From IMG/VR virus record IMGVR_UViG_3300042945_003044: a DNA stretch of 64,000 nucleotides. One strand, given 5' to 3'. Shown in pieces: positions 51,678 to 60,277 of the stretch. Below the pieces are notes generated by a model. The model saw only the letters and a program-made list of their open reading frames with translations. It was not told the DNA's origin and ran no database searches. Made by a program: the position numbers and the translations under genes. The first letter of the stretch is position 1. Each line of letters starts with the position of its first letter. The stretch comes from a virus.

Positions 51678-52654
51678 ATAATAGCACTCTTAATCAATTT
51701 AGATAAATTTATGATAGATATACTTCGTCTTTTCATTTGATATGAATATGAAGCCAATTCGGTTTTCATAGGAACCGCTATATCTGAGTAATCATCAAGA
51801 CTTATAACTGTATTTCCGCATAGTCTAGCATAAGTTTCTTGCAAGTATAGAGTATTTTTTTCATTTAGAGATAAATATATATCACAAGATTTATGTGCTG
51901 CTATTATTTCTGATTCTGTAAATTGTTTAAAAATAAAAATTTCTTTTCCATATTCTGTTGGAAGGCCAAATTCTGAACGCATATTTTTAATATTGTTTTC
52001 TAATAGCTCTATATTAGGAGCATTATAATAATCTAAAAAGAATACGCAAACAGCTCCAAACGGACGTTCAGATATGCTAGAGTATAAAGAAAAAATTATT
52101 TTTTTGATAATGCCCTCATCTTCATCAAAATTACCTATAAAATACAGTTTCTTTGTATGATGATAGTTATCGAAAACGTACTTATTATTAGTATAATTAA
52201 TCAAATTATTCTTATCTACCCCTGTGTCTAATATAGATATTTTATCGGCTAGATCGGGACAATAAGTTGTTATGGTGGAAGCCTCTTTTTTTGATTGGAC
52301 CACTATATTATCAAAGAAACGTAAAATATCTAGAGAACTGGATGATATTCCAAAATCTTCTATATTTTCTATTATTGGAAATACATGATGTTGAGAAGCT
52401 ACGTCAGGCATATATTGTATGTGTTCTAACGGCAGATGCTGTACACATATATCGTATTGATTTTGTGCTATACTTGTTTTTTCAGTAATAAATTCTATTT
52501 TTTTCGGTAAAATTCTGTGCAATGATGATAGATATACTGGTCTAGATACCACATCCTCAGTACCATATCGCTTAGCCAACTGGCTAATATACAATCTAGA
52601 TACCTGTCCCAGAGTATCGGTATTTCTATAAGGACCTATAAATAAAATACTCAT
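51674..52654 (-). CDS. GT-B (GT4-like) glycosyltransferase, degenerate
   Basis: 'ILFIGPYR...GQVSRLYI', 'YDICVQH', 'LYFIG', 'AAHKSCDIYLSL'; lacks a clear ExFG..P..EA motif. Confidence 0.6.
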   Translation of the reverse strand: MSILFIGPYRNTDTLGQVSRLYISQLAKRYGTEDVVSRPVYLSSLHRILPKKIEFITEKTSIAQNQYDICVQHLPLEHIQYMPDVASQHHVFPIIENIEDFGISSSSLDILRFFDNIVVQSKKEASTITTYCPDLADKISILDTGVDKNNLINYTNNKYVFDNYHHTKKLYFIGNFDEDEGIIKKIIFSLYSSISERPFGAVCVFFLDYYNAPNIELLENNIKNMRSEFGLPTEYGKEIFIFKQFTESEIIAAHKSCDIYLSLNEKNTLYLQETYARLCGNTVISLDDYSDIAVPMKTELASYSYQMKRRSISIINLSKLIKSAII

Positions 52655-54324
52655 GGATTATTTGCGCCTACTATAAAGTCTTCATTTATTGGTGAGTTCT
52701 GTGCTCTTGCTCGCTCAGCCATATTGTGGTTATTTATTTTGTTTTGTATAGCGGCCAGTGCATTTGTAATAGAGTATTTCTCAAGCGTAATGCCTTGCTG
52801 AGTAAAGCCATAATCAGCATAGAATAACATATCTAGGGTGTTCATATTACATAAAAACTTTAAGTCTTTTAGATATTTAGAGCACACCAGAGTTAAAGTA
52901 TTTAAGTTATGAGACTTATCAATATTTTGCTCCATAATATTCTGAGGTATTGGCTCTAAATACAGTGGTGGACTATCCCATTGTTTTTTGGCACAATTAT
53001 CTGGATTTAGTGAACTAAGATAGTGTTCCCATTTTTTGTATATATCATCCCAATCGAAATGTTTTTCTACTAACTCCCTAGTTCTCCTCCTAATTTGTAT
53101 CATCTCGTTGTCTGTATAGTTCAAATACTTATGAATAATCTGTAGCAGCTGCGCGTTGTCTGGATATACCCTAAAGGCTTTAGTCTCCAACTCTTTAAAT
53201 TTTTTACGCACTCTAATCGGGTCTGCTTCAAGCTTCTTGACAATATCCTTCATAGCACTATAGTCAACAGTAGCAATCGGCGTACCGCATGCGGCCCCTT
53301 CTACTTGAGGCATTCCAAAACCTTCGCAAATAGCATATTGTATATACAAATCAAAAAGATTATAAATTTCTGAAAGTTTCGCGCTAGTTGGTGCGTCTGT
53401 AACTGATGGCATAGACATAGAACGACTGGAGCATTTTGGACATTTAATAGTTGCCCCAGAAAATACAGAAGCCTTGACATGATGACATTGTTTACAGAAG
53501 TATGAGAATAATATCTTGGAAAAAATATTATTTTCTTTTAGCAGCGAGGGGATGTCCCACCCGGCATCAGGATAACTGGTATGTAGCCATAAAAAACACT
53601 TATCTTTTTTTGCGTGATTACTTATATTAAGTTCGTTAATCAGTTTTTTAAACGATACTATTAGTTCCGGAATAAGTTTGCGCTTTTGATTACGCATGAC
53701 TGATCCAATTAAAAACGTATCAGATAAACCGTACTCTGTTTTAAGCTGCTGTCTTTTAGTATCGTCAAAACTTTGAAATAGATTTATATCTACTCCAGGA
53801 GACACGGTATTTATATAATTGATATGATTGTTGCTTTGATAGGCGAGTACTTTGGCGCCCCAATCGGAATAGGTGAATACGGCATCAGCAGAAGCGTATG
53901 TTTCGATCCATGGCTCTTGCTGAGGATAAGAATCAACAGTTGGCATTACGACCCAATGGTAAAAATCCCTTAAAGGACTAATAGACTGATAATAATTCAT
54001 CCAATAGTCACGTACATCTATCACCACATTTGGACGAAAATCCAGAAGCACCTTTTCAAATCGCCACCTGCCGAATTGGTTTTCCGTTGTCTTATTGTAC
54101 TCTGTGTATCTAGGATCATTTGAACTAACGGCGTTTGCATAGTATTTCCATTTTATACTACCTCTTCTTGGATCATCCGTTAGTCCATAAGAAGCAAATT
54201 CTGCAATCTCAAATTTATTTGAGTCATACAGTCTTTGCAGTAGTTCTTTGGTATAGTTTGCAAACCCGGTATTTAAAAAACTCGCTTCTGAACAAACTAG
54301 GATTTTGAGTTTTGTATTAGTCAT
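52651..54324 (-). CDS. GT4-family glycosyltransferase with a zinc-ribbon insertion
   Basis: Likely start ATG 54324; 'TGFANY', 'PGVD...F', 'VMRNQKRK', 'EGFGMPQVEGAACGTP', 'FDWD'; CKQC..CPKC insert. Confidence 0.85.
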   Translation of the reverse strand: MTNTKLKILVCSEASFLNTGFANYTKELLQRLYDSNKFEIAEFASYGLTDDPRRGSIKWKYYANAVSSNDPRYTEYNKTTENQFGRWRFEKVLLDFRPNVVIDVRDYWMNYYQSISPLRDFYHWVVMPTVDSYPQQEPWIETYASADAVFTYSDWGAKVLAYQSNNHINYINTVSPGVDINLFQSFDDTKRQQLKTEYGLSDTFLIGSVMRNQKRKLIPELIVSFKKLINELNISNHAKKDKCFLWLHTSYPDAGWDIPSLLKENNIFSKILFSYFCKQCHHVKASVFSGATIKCPKCSSRSMSMPSVTDAPTSAKLSEIYNLFDLYIQYAICEGFGMPQVEGAACGTPIATVDYSAMKDIVKKLEADPIRVRKKFKELETKAFRVYPDNAQLLQIIHKYLNYTDNEMIQIRRRTRELVEKHFDWDDIYKKWEHYLSSLNPDNCAKKQWDSPPLYLEPIPQNIMEQNIDKSHNLNTLTLVCSKYLKDLKFLCNMNTLDMLFYADYGFTQQGITLEKYSITNALAAIQNKINNHNMAERARAQNSPINEDFIVGANNP

Positions 54325-54334
54325 AATAAACTTA

Positions 54335-54352
54335 GAGGGGCTTTCGCCCCTC
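54335..54352 (-). terminator. GC-rich GNRA-loop hairpin between ssb and the GT gene
   Basis: On the - strand GAGGGGC-GAAA-GCCCCTC, followed by TAAGTTTATT and the ATG at 54324; the U-tract is imperfect. Confidence 0.6.
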
Positions 54353-54387
54353 ATAGTTCTCTAGTTCCGCTAATGATTGTTCTGTCC

Positions 54388-54765
54388 TTAGAAAGCAACA
54401 ACTTCTTCTGTTGACTGATCCTTTGAAGCGGATCTAGATAGCTTTGTGATTTTTGAAAAATTATTGACTCTTACCTTCAGAGTGCTATGCTTAACGCCAT
54501 CCTTTTCCCAAGAATCATTTCTTAGAGATCCTTCGATCATTACCAGATCACCCTTCTTGAAAGAAGTTCCGATAATCTCTGCGCCAGAGTCCCAAGCTTC
54601 ACAATTGATAAAAGAAGTAATCTTGTCCTTTGTGCCGTTTGCCTTTGTGTATTCGCGTGATACCGCAACGGTAAAATTAACGACAGAAGTTTGCTTGTCG
54701 CCCGAACCAACCATGCGCACCTCTGGATCACGAGCTAGATTACCCTTAAGAATCGTAATATTCAT
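54388..54765 (-). CDS. ssb: Single-stranded DNA-binding protein
   Basis: 'LKGNLARDPEVR..VVNFTVAV..FINCEAW..KKGDLVMIEGSL..WEKDG'; acidic C-terminal tip 'EEVVAF'; AGGAG RBS. Confidence 0.95.
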   Translation of the reverse strand: MNITILKGNLARDPEVRMVGSGDKQTSVVNFTVAVSREYTKANGTKDKITSFINCEAWDSGAEIIGTSFKKGDLVMIEGSLRNDSWEKDGVKHSTLKVRVNNFSKITKLSRSASKDQSTEEVVAF

Positions 54766-54818
54766 TTAAGTTCTCCTTGTTTATTTAAACCAATCGTGAG
54801 CCAACCGCTCACAACACT

Positions 54819-54846
54819 ATAGTAGGGAAGACCCCGGCGATGTCAA
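54819..54846 (-). promoter_or_regulatory. Sigma70-type promoter upstream of ssb
   Basis: On the - strand TTGACA (54846-54841), 16-nt spacer, TACTAT (54824-54819). The -35 box overlaps the DnaE-C stop codon. Confidence 0.6.
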
Positions 54847-56474
54847 GACGACGGCATAAAACATTTCTCTACGATCAAGCCGTCCATCTCTTTGTTTTTA
54901 GAGCCTATAAATATTAGTATATTATTAACAAATAGATGGTGTTTGTATTCTAGATATTTTTCTGGAAAAAATATAATAGAGTCTATGGAGCCATATTGAT
55001 CCGATATGCTTATAAAAGCCATTTCTTGTCCTGGGTTCTTACCTTTTTTTGTTTTGACTATATGGATATTATCTATTTCTCCAGCAATGATAATATTTTT
55101 GGTTAAGCCTTTATTATTATGGAAATCCTTACAGTCTGTATTAGTCATAGCCATATCATATGAATCTAGTTTGGAACAGCTTATAGCCGTGCCTAGTAGT
55201 GTTTCTTCGGTGTCAGATAACCATTCTATTTTATCTATCAAAGAATATGGAGGATGGTCTAAAGTTTCCAGAATATTATTAATTACTTCTTTTCTTTTTT
55301 GTGTGAGTTTAGGCTTTTGTAGTAGTTGCAGGACGGACTTATTCAGAGACAAATTTTTCGACCCATCGACTGAGCTTATCAAAAAATCGATCTCTTTTTG
55401 TGTAAGTCTTGAGATAAGTTCATATTGTAAAATCATCTCTGTTCTGTTGATCTTAAGATAATCAAAAGCCCCTGATGATATCATATTTTTAGCTGCCAAA
55501 GAATTGATATTAGGGAGTACCTGTAATAGGATATATGCCCAGGACATAGACCCTAGATCTTTTCCGTGACATAGGGCGGTAATCTTTTCATATACCGAAT
55601 CTCCAAGGCCCTTTATATTTGTTAAACCAAAATAGATAACTTTATTCTTGAGATAGAATAGTTTAGACATATCTCTAAAGTCCGGTACTCTAATATCTAT
55701 ATTCATTTGATTGGCATTTTTTACCAATTCTTTGATTTCTTGTTTCGGATCAACTTTGTCTTTTGCATATCTGAGATAAGAAGCAAAAAATATTCTAGGA
55801 AAATGAGCCTTGGCAAAAGCCGATAAGTAAGCATTTATAGCGTAACTAACGCTATGAGACTTATTAAAAGAGTATCTTTGGCTTTTTTCGATCCATCCGA
55901 AAATTTCTTCGGCTTCTGATTCTGTCACTATTTTTTTAGTCTTACATCCTTCTATGAACTTGGTTTTCAGTTTAGCCATTTCCTCTGGCTTTTTCTTTCC
56001 AATGGCTTTTCTGAGAACGTCAGCTTCCTGCAAATCGAACCCAGCTATCTCTTGAGATATTTGCATCGCCTGTTCTTGATATATCATCTCCCCATAGGTT
56101 TCTTTGAGTATATGCTCTAAACTAGGATGAAAATAATCTATAGATTCTGATCCATTTTTCTTGTCTATATAGTGATTACTAACGCTCTTGCCATCTCTTA
56201 AGGCTTCCAGACAACCAGGGCGCAATATCGCTATCAAAGCAGATAGCTGTTCAATATTATTGGGTTTCAATTTTTTTGCCATAGATTGGCCAAGCCTAGA
56301 CTCTAACTGAAAGCATCCTTTTGTATTGCCAGAGCCTATTAATTCCCAAGTTCTATTACAAGCAAGATCTATGTTATCAATATATGGAGAAAAATTAATA
56401 CGAGGTATTGACTCCCCATCGTGTTTATCCAATGGAAATTTACATCCACAATCAAACGTATAGTATTCTGACAT
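54843..56474 (-). CDS. dnaE: DNA polymerase III alpha, C-terminal part (fingers, HhH, OB fold)
   Basis: 'GCFQLES', 'LIAILRPG', 'ILKETYGEMIYQEQAM', 'ADVLRKAIGKKK', 'YSFNKSHSVSY', 'FGLTNIKGLG', 'GQEMAFISISD'. Confidence 0.93.
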   Translation of the reverse strand: MSEYYTFDCGCKFPLDKHDGESIPRINFSPYIDNIDLACNRTWELIGSGNTKGCFQLESRLGQSMAKKLKPNNIEQLSALIAILRPGCLEALRDGKSVSNHYIDKKNGSESIDYFHPSLEHILKETYGEMIYQEQAMQISQEIAGFDLQEADVLRKAIGKKKPEEMAKLKTKFIEGCKTKKIVTESEAEEIFGWIEKSQRYSFNKSHSVSYAINAYLSAFAKAHFPRIFFASYLRYAKDKVDPKQEIKELVKNANQMNIDIRVPDFRDMSKLFYLKNKVIYFGLTNIKGLGDSVYEKITALCHGKDLGSMSWAYILLQVLPNINSLAAKNMISSGAFDYLKINRTEMILQYELISRLTQKEIDFLISSVDGSKNLSLNKSVLQLLQKPKLTQKRKEVINNILETLDHPPYSLIDKIEWLSDTEETLLGTAISCSKLDSYDMAMTNTDCKDFHNNKGLTKNIIIAGEIDNIHIVKTKKGKNPGQEMAFISISDQYGSIDSIIFFPEKYLEYKHHLFVNNILIFIGSKNKEMDGLIVEKCFMPSS

Positions 56475-56496
56475 ATAACCTATTTATGATTAGTCC

Positions 56497-57195
56497 TTAC
56501 TCGGAGATCGCAAAAGAGTCTCTGAATTTGATTTTCCTAGCAAGATTTCTATGTAGCTTCAAAAACCTTAAAAGCAGTTCTGCTGTATCCATAACGTCTT
56601 TTAGAGCATCGTGGGCGCCTTCTTTTGGGATTCCAAAATAATCTCTTACAGAATCTAGGGTATAGTTTTTAAGATCTCCATTATTTTCAAACCATAAAAA
56701 CATCATATGCATCAAGTCTATAGTATCTCTAGGATAGAATAGGCTTGTGGTTCCTTCCTTGGTTACATTCTTATACTTTTTACTTAATCTATCTACGATC
56801 TTTAAATCGAATCTATGTATATTATATCCACATGCAATTGGAGCGCTGAAAAAAGATTTTCTTTCAGATCTGCTGTGATACATATCTAGATAGGACACAA
56901 ACATTTGCCACCCAGATTCTTGCTTTTGATAAGCATGCCATTCTTTTAAGATTTGCTCCTTAGAAGAACTCTTAACCTTAGCATGAAAATCTAAAACATC
57001 AGAATCCGCATAGGAATACGTCGGGTTCTCTTCTATTGCTTCTGGCTTTAATGTACAATTAAATTGAGAGTCTTTAATAATCTCTAACTTAATCGGATCT
57101 ATCATTACGGCTGCAATCTGAACAGGGCTGCATCGCGATGGATCAGCCCCGTCAGTTTCCATATCAAACACGCATAATTTTTGAAAATTAACCAT
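56497..57195 (-). CDS. DEDDh 3'-5' exonuclease (DnaQ/epsilon-like)
   Basis: ExoI 'VFDMETDG', ExoII 'GYNIHRFD', ExoIII 'AHDALKDV'. Confidence 0.9.
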   Translation of the reverse strand: MVNFQKLCVFDMETDGADPSRCSPVQIAAVMIDPIKLEIIKDSQFNCTLKPEAIEENPTYSYADSDVLDFHAKVKSSSKEQILKEWHAYQKQESGWQMFVSYLDMYHSRSERKSFFSAPIACGYNIHRFDLKIVDRLSKKYKNVTKEGTTSLFYPRDTIDLMHMMFLWFENNGDLKNYTLDSVRDYFGIPKEGAHDALKDVMDTAELLLRFLKLHRNLARKIKFRDSFAISE

Positions 57196-57367
57196 TTAAC
57201 TCTTCTACAGTGGTATTAGGTGGTACAAACTGATTTGACCCATCGGCCAAATTGACGCAGTTTACCACTCGACAGCAACTTACTCTAACGTCCTCAATTC
57301 TCCTATATTCTGTACCATTGACAGAAAATTTGACACCAACAGCAACCTCAGACAATAGCTTGGGCAT
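57188..57367 (-). CDS. Small beta-rich hypothetical protein (59 aa)
   Basis: GGAGG RBS within the last codons of dnaE-N, ATG 57367; its end overlaps the exonuclease start; 'SCCRVVNC'. Confidence 0.7.
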   Translation of the reverse strand: MPKLLSEVAVGVKFSVNGTEYRRIEDVRVSCCRVVNCVNLADGSNQFVPPNTTVEELNG

Positions 57368-57368
57368 A

Positions 57369-59237
57369 TCAACCTCCATTTTTAAGAATTTGAGAGACTT
57401 CCATCATTTTATCTAACATCGCAACACCCAAAATATCAAATTTAATTATTCCCAAATATTCCAAGTCTTGCATCTCCATGCCAGCTATAGTCTGATCTGC
57501 TTTAGAATCATAAACCATAGGACACACAGAGTCAAGTGGTTCGCTGCTTATTACTACACCGGCAGCATGTTTAGACTGATTAGATTTAGTACCCTCCAGT
57601 CTTATAGCCTGCTCAAAACGCTTTGCTAAAGGACCCTCAAGCTCTCCGTGTTCGTTTAAGTAACACCATTCTTTCAGTTTGTCTCCATTGTTCTCTAAAG
57701 CCCATCTTATGATAGAAGATTCCCCCGTATCGTCTTTCATTTCTTGCAATTCATCCGCTATCTTAGCTTCGTCTGGGATATTCTTTGTGATTCTATTCAT
57801 TTCTTCAAAAGATATATTACCATAGACACGTAAAACTTCTTTTAAGGCTCCTCTGCCTTTCATAGTATTAAAAGTAATCATTTGAGAGACTTTGTTATAA
57901 CCGTATTTGTTTTTTATATAATCTACAACTTCTTCTCTCTTATTGATTGGAACGTCAACGTCTATATCTGGCATGGACACACGATCCGCGGTATTTCTGC
58001 CTGCGTTGTAAAAACGCTCGAAAATTAAATTATACCTGATAGGGTCTATAGATGTTATGCCAATTAAATAAGACACCAAGCAGCCAGCGGCAGAGCCTCT
58101 ACCTGGGCCTGGGAGCCATCCATTCTCAGACACATACTGCACAATATCTTGAACTATCAAAAAGTAACTAGATAAACCGGCCTTTTGTAGAATATCTAAT
58201 TCATATTTAATGCGGTCAACATAAACTGGATGATCTGATTCTGGTATATGATTTTTTATTTTTTTTGCCCAGCCATCACGGCATAGTTGTCTGAGATATT
58301 CATCGGGGTTTTGATTATTTGGACATTTAAAAGGAGGTAGTATCGGAGGGCTTGATATGTTATAATCTTCACATAAGGAATCTACATATATTGTATTTTC
58401 TATCTCTTCTTCTGTGTGGATCTCGATCATTTCTTTAGGAGATAAAATATGAAAGTTATCGGATCTAAAAAAACAGGCCATAGAAGTGTCTTCATTATTT
58501 AAGAGCTTTTTATTGATTTCTGCTATAGTTGTTTTAAGATTGTTGCACAATAAGATCCTTTGATCCACAGCATCTTCTTTGGAACAATAATGAGCGTCTG
58601 GCGTACATAATACCTTAGTATTAGTGGTTTTTCCTAACTCTCTAACATATTCTGTCATAGATATTTGTTCTGGACTATATTGCTGGTCCATGAGTTGGCT
58701 TTCCAAGAAAAAGTTATCAACCCCAAACATTTCTTTCATTTGTGCCACAAAATTAATACCAATATTTTTAGCGTCCTCTGGTTTTGCTTGTTGGGTAATA
58801 TCGTGTAAATAAGATCCTAGATGACCACAGTAACCTATAATATTTCCGTCTAGATATTCAGATAATTCCGCTAGGCTAATTCTAGGTTTGTGATAAAATC
58901 TACTTGGGTGATTACAAGCGGATACTATTTTAATCAAGGTTTGCCATCCCTTATAGTTTTTTGCCAACAATAAAAAATGCGTTAAGTCTCTATTTTCTTT
59001 TGTTTTTATAGTAGAATTTTGATGGCACAAATATATTTCGCAGCCAAGGATAGGCTTGATCTTATTTGTTTTCATCGTATTATGAAACTGAACAGCGCCG
59101 GCTATGGTACCATGATCCGTTATTGCGCAGCTCTTAACTCCTATATCCAAACACCTAGCGGCTATTTGACTGGGTTTGCTCAAGCCATCAAGTAGAGAGT
59201 AGTGGGAGTGTACGTGTAAAGGAACATAATTTTTCAT
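57369..59237 (-). CDS. dnaE: DNA polymerase III alpha, N-terminal part (PHP plus palm/thumb)
   Basis: PHP motifs 'HVHSHYSLLDG', 'TDHG', 'GCE', 'DAHY'; 'GPGRGSAAGCLVSY', 'FERF', catalytic 'MPDIDVD', 'HAAGVVI', 'KFDILG'. Confidence 0.95.
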   Translation of the reverse strand: MKNYVPLHVHSHYSLLDGLSKPSQIAARCLDIGVKSCAITDHGTIAGAVQFHNTMKTNKIKPILGCEIYLCHQNSTIKTKENRDLTHFLLLAKNYKGWQTLIKIVSACNHPSRFYHKPRISLAELSEYLDGNIIGYCGHLGSYLHDITQQAKPEDAKNIGINFVAQMKEMFGVDNFFLESQLMDQQYSPEQISMTEYVRELGKTTNTKVLCTPDAHYCSKEDAVDQRILLCNNLKTTIAEINKKLLNNEDTSMACFFRSDNFHILSPKEMIEIHTEEEIENTIYVDSLCEDYNISSPPILPPFKCPNNQNPDEYLRQLCRDGWAKKIKNHIPESDHPVYVDRIKYELDILQKAGLSSYFLIVQDIVQYVSENGWLPGPGRGSAAGCLVSYLIGITSIDPIRYNLIFERFYNAGRNTADRVSMPDIDVDVPINKREEVVDYIKNKYGYNKVSQMITFNTMKGRGALKEVLRVYGNISFEEMNRITKNIPDEAKIADELQEMKDDTGESSIIRWALENNGDKLKEWCYLNEHGELEGPLAKRFEQAIRLEGTKSNQSKHAAGVVISSEPLDSVCPMVYDSKADQTIAGMEMQDLEYLGIIKFDILGVAMLDKMMEVSQILKNGG

Positions 59238-60277
59238 GTAGATCCTGGCGCCTTATATGATCCAAAGGTATGATTGGGACTCTTATACAGATTAACAACC
59301 GTATCGATATTATATAATTCTATATCGTGTTTAACTTGTTCACATTTAGTCATGAATGACCCGTTTTGACAAGTCTGACCGTCTCTGTATTCAATTATAG
59401 GGTCGATGCCGGTATTTTCAAATGTTGTTTTTCCGAAATGACACAACTTACTACACATCCAGCTCTTGTTTAATCTAGGCTTTTTTGTTTTCTTTATATA
59501 CTCAAATTTTTGCCTAAGCATATCTTCTGTTTCTTTTAAGTGAGATTTTTCAAAACAAACAGAAAAAGGACCCCCGTCATTGATAAAATAAATAGAAAAC
59601 ATGATATGCTCTATTTCAGGATATAAATGACTGATAGCATAATGATATATTCTTAATTGTGGGTCTTTTTCTAGTTTTTCTTGAGTCTTTTCTTGTCCTG
59701 TTGCCCAGTCCAGCCTTCGTCCAGTTTTCCAGTCTACGATCTCTATGGTTTTATCGTTGACTTTTGTTATTAAGTCGATGGTGCCTTTTAGGGCCAGATT
59801 GCCTTCTAACTTTGATCCGTCCGGCAAATCGTATGAGTATTTAGCCCACGATTTTTTAATTTCAAAATCAAAATGTTGCTCTGGACACAATATTTGTCTA
59901 TTGCGTGGATCAAACATACCGTCATTAAATTCGATAGCTTTATATACCCAAGCATGACAGTCTTTATAGTCTTTTATAGACCACTTATGATGAGTACTTA
60001 TTTCGGAATAGTGCTTATATACCTTTTCTATTATGGTGTTAAGGCTATAGTCATCAACATTAACTTTCCCTACGATATCATCCGTAAAAAATGCAATATT
60101 GTCCTGTTGAGACTGTTTAATAAACGCCAAGATTTCTAGAACCTTATGTACAATAGTTCCTTTATCTGCCTTTTGTCCGGATGGTCCTCTCCAACCCAAT
60201 ACATATTCCATAAAGAACTGCTGCTCGCACATACTATGGGTATTATATGAACTGCTTCTAAAATACGTTATTATAAT
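59234..60277 (-). CDS. PD-(D/E)xK exonuclease, Cas4/AddB-like
   Basis: 'SSSYN..C..QF', 'KGTIVHKVLE', 'LKGTIDL..IEIVDWKTG', 'QLRIY', C-terminal 'CSKLC..C'. Start uncertain (ATT 60277 or ATG 60316). Confidence 0.85.
   Translation of the reverse strand: MIITYFRSSSYNTHSMCEQQFFMEYVLGWRGPSGQKADKGTIVHKVLEILAFIKQSQQDNIAFFTDDIVGKVNVDDYSLNTIIEKVYKHYSEISTHHKWSIKDYKDCHAWVYKAIEFNDGMFDPRNRQILCPEQHFDFEIKKSWAKYSYDLPDGSKLEGNLALKGTIDLITKVNDKTIEIVDWKTGRRLDWATGQEKTQEKLEKDPQLRIYHYAISHLYPEIEHIMFSIYFINDGGPFSVCFEKSHLKETEDMLRQKFEYIKKTKKPRLNKSWMCSKLCHFGKTTFENTGIDPIIEYRDGQTCQNGSFMTKCEQVKHDIELYNIDTVVNLYKSPNHTFGSYKAPGST

Noticed and set aside
56474-57369. Split intein, group I intron or frameshift/pseudogene explaining the broken dnaE
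   Set aside because: No intein motifs at either end. The gap is filled by two intact coupled ORFs, one a DEDDh exonuclease rather than a homing endonuclease, and both halves keep their conserved motifs.
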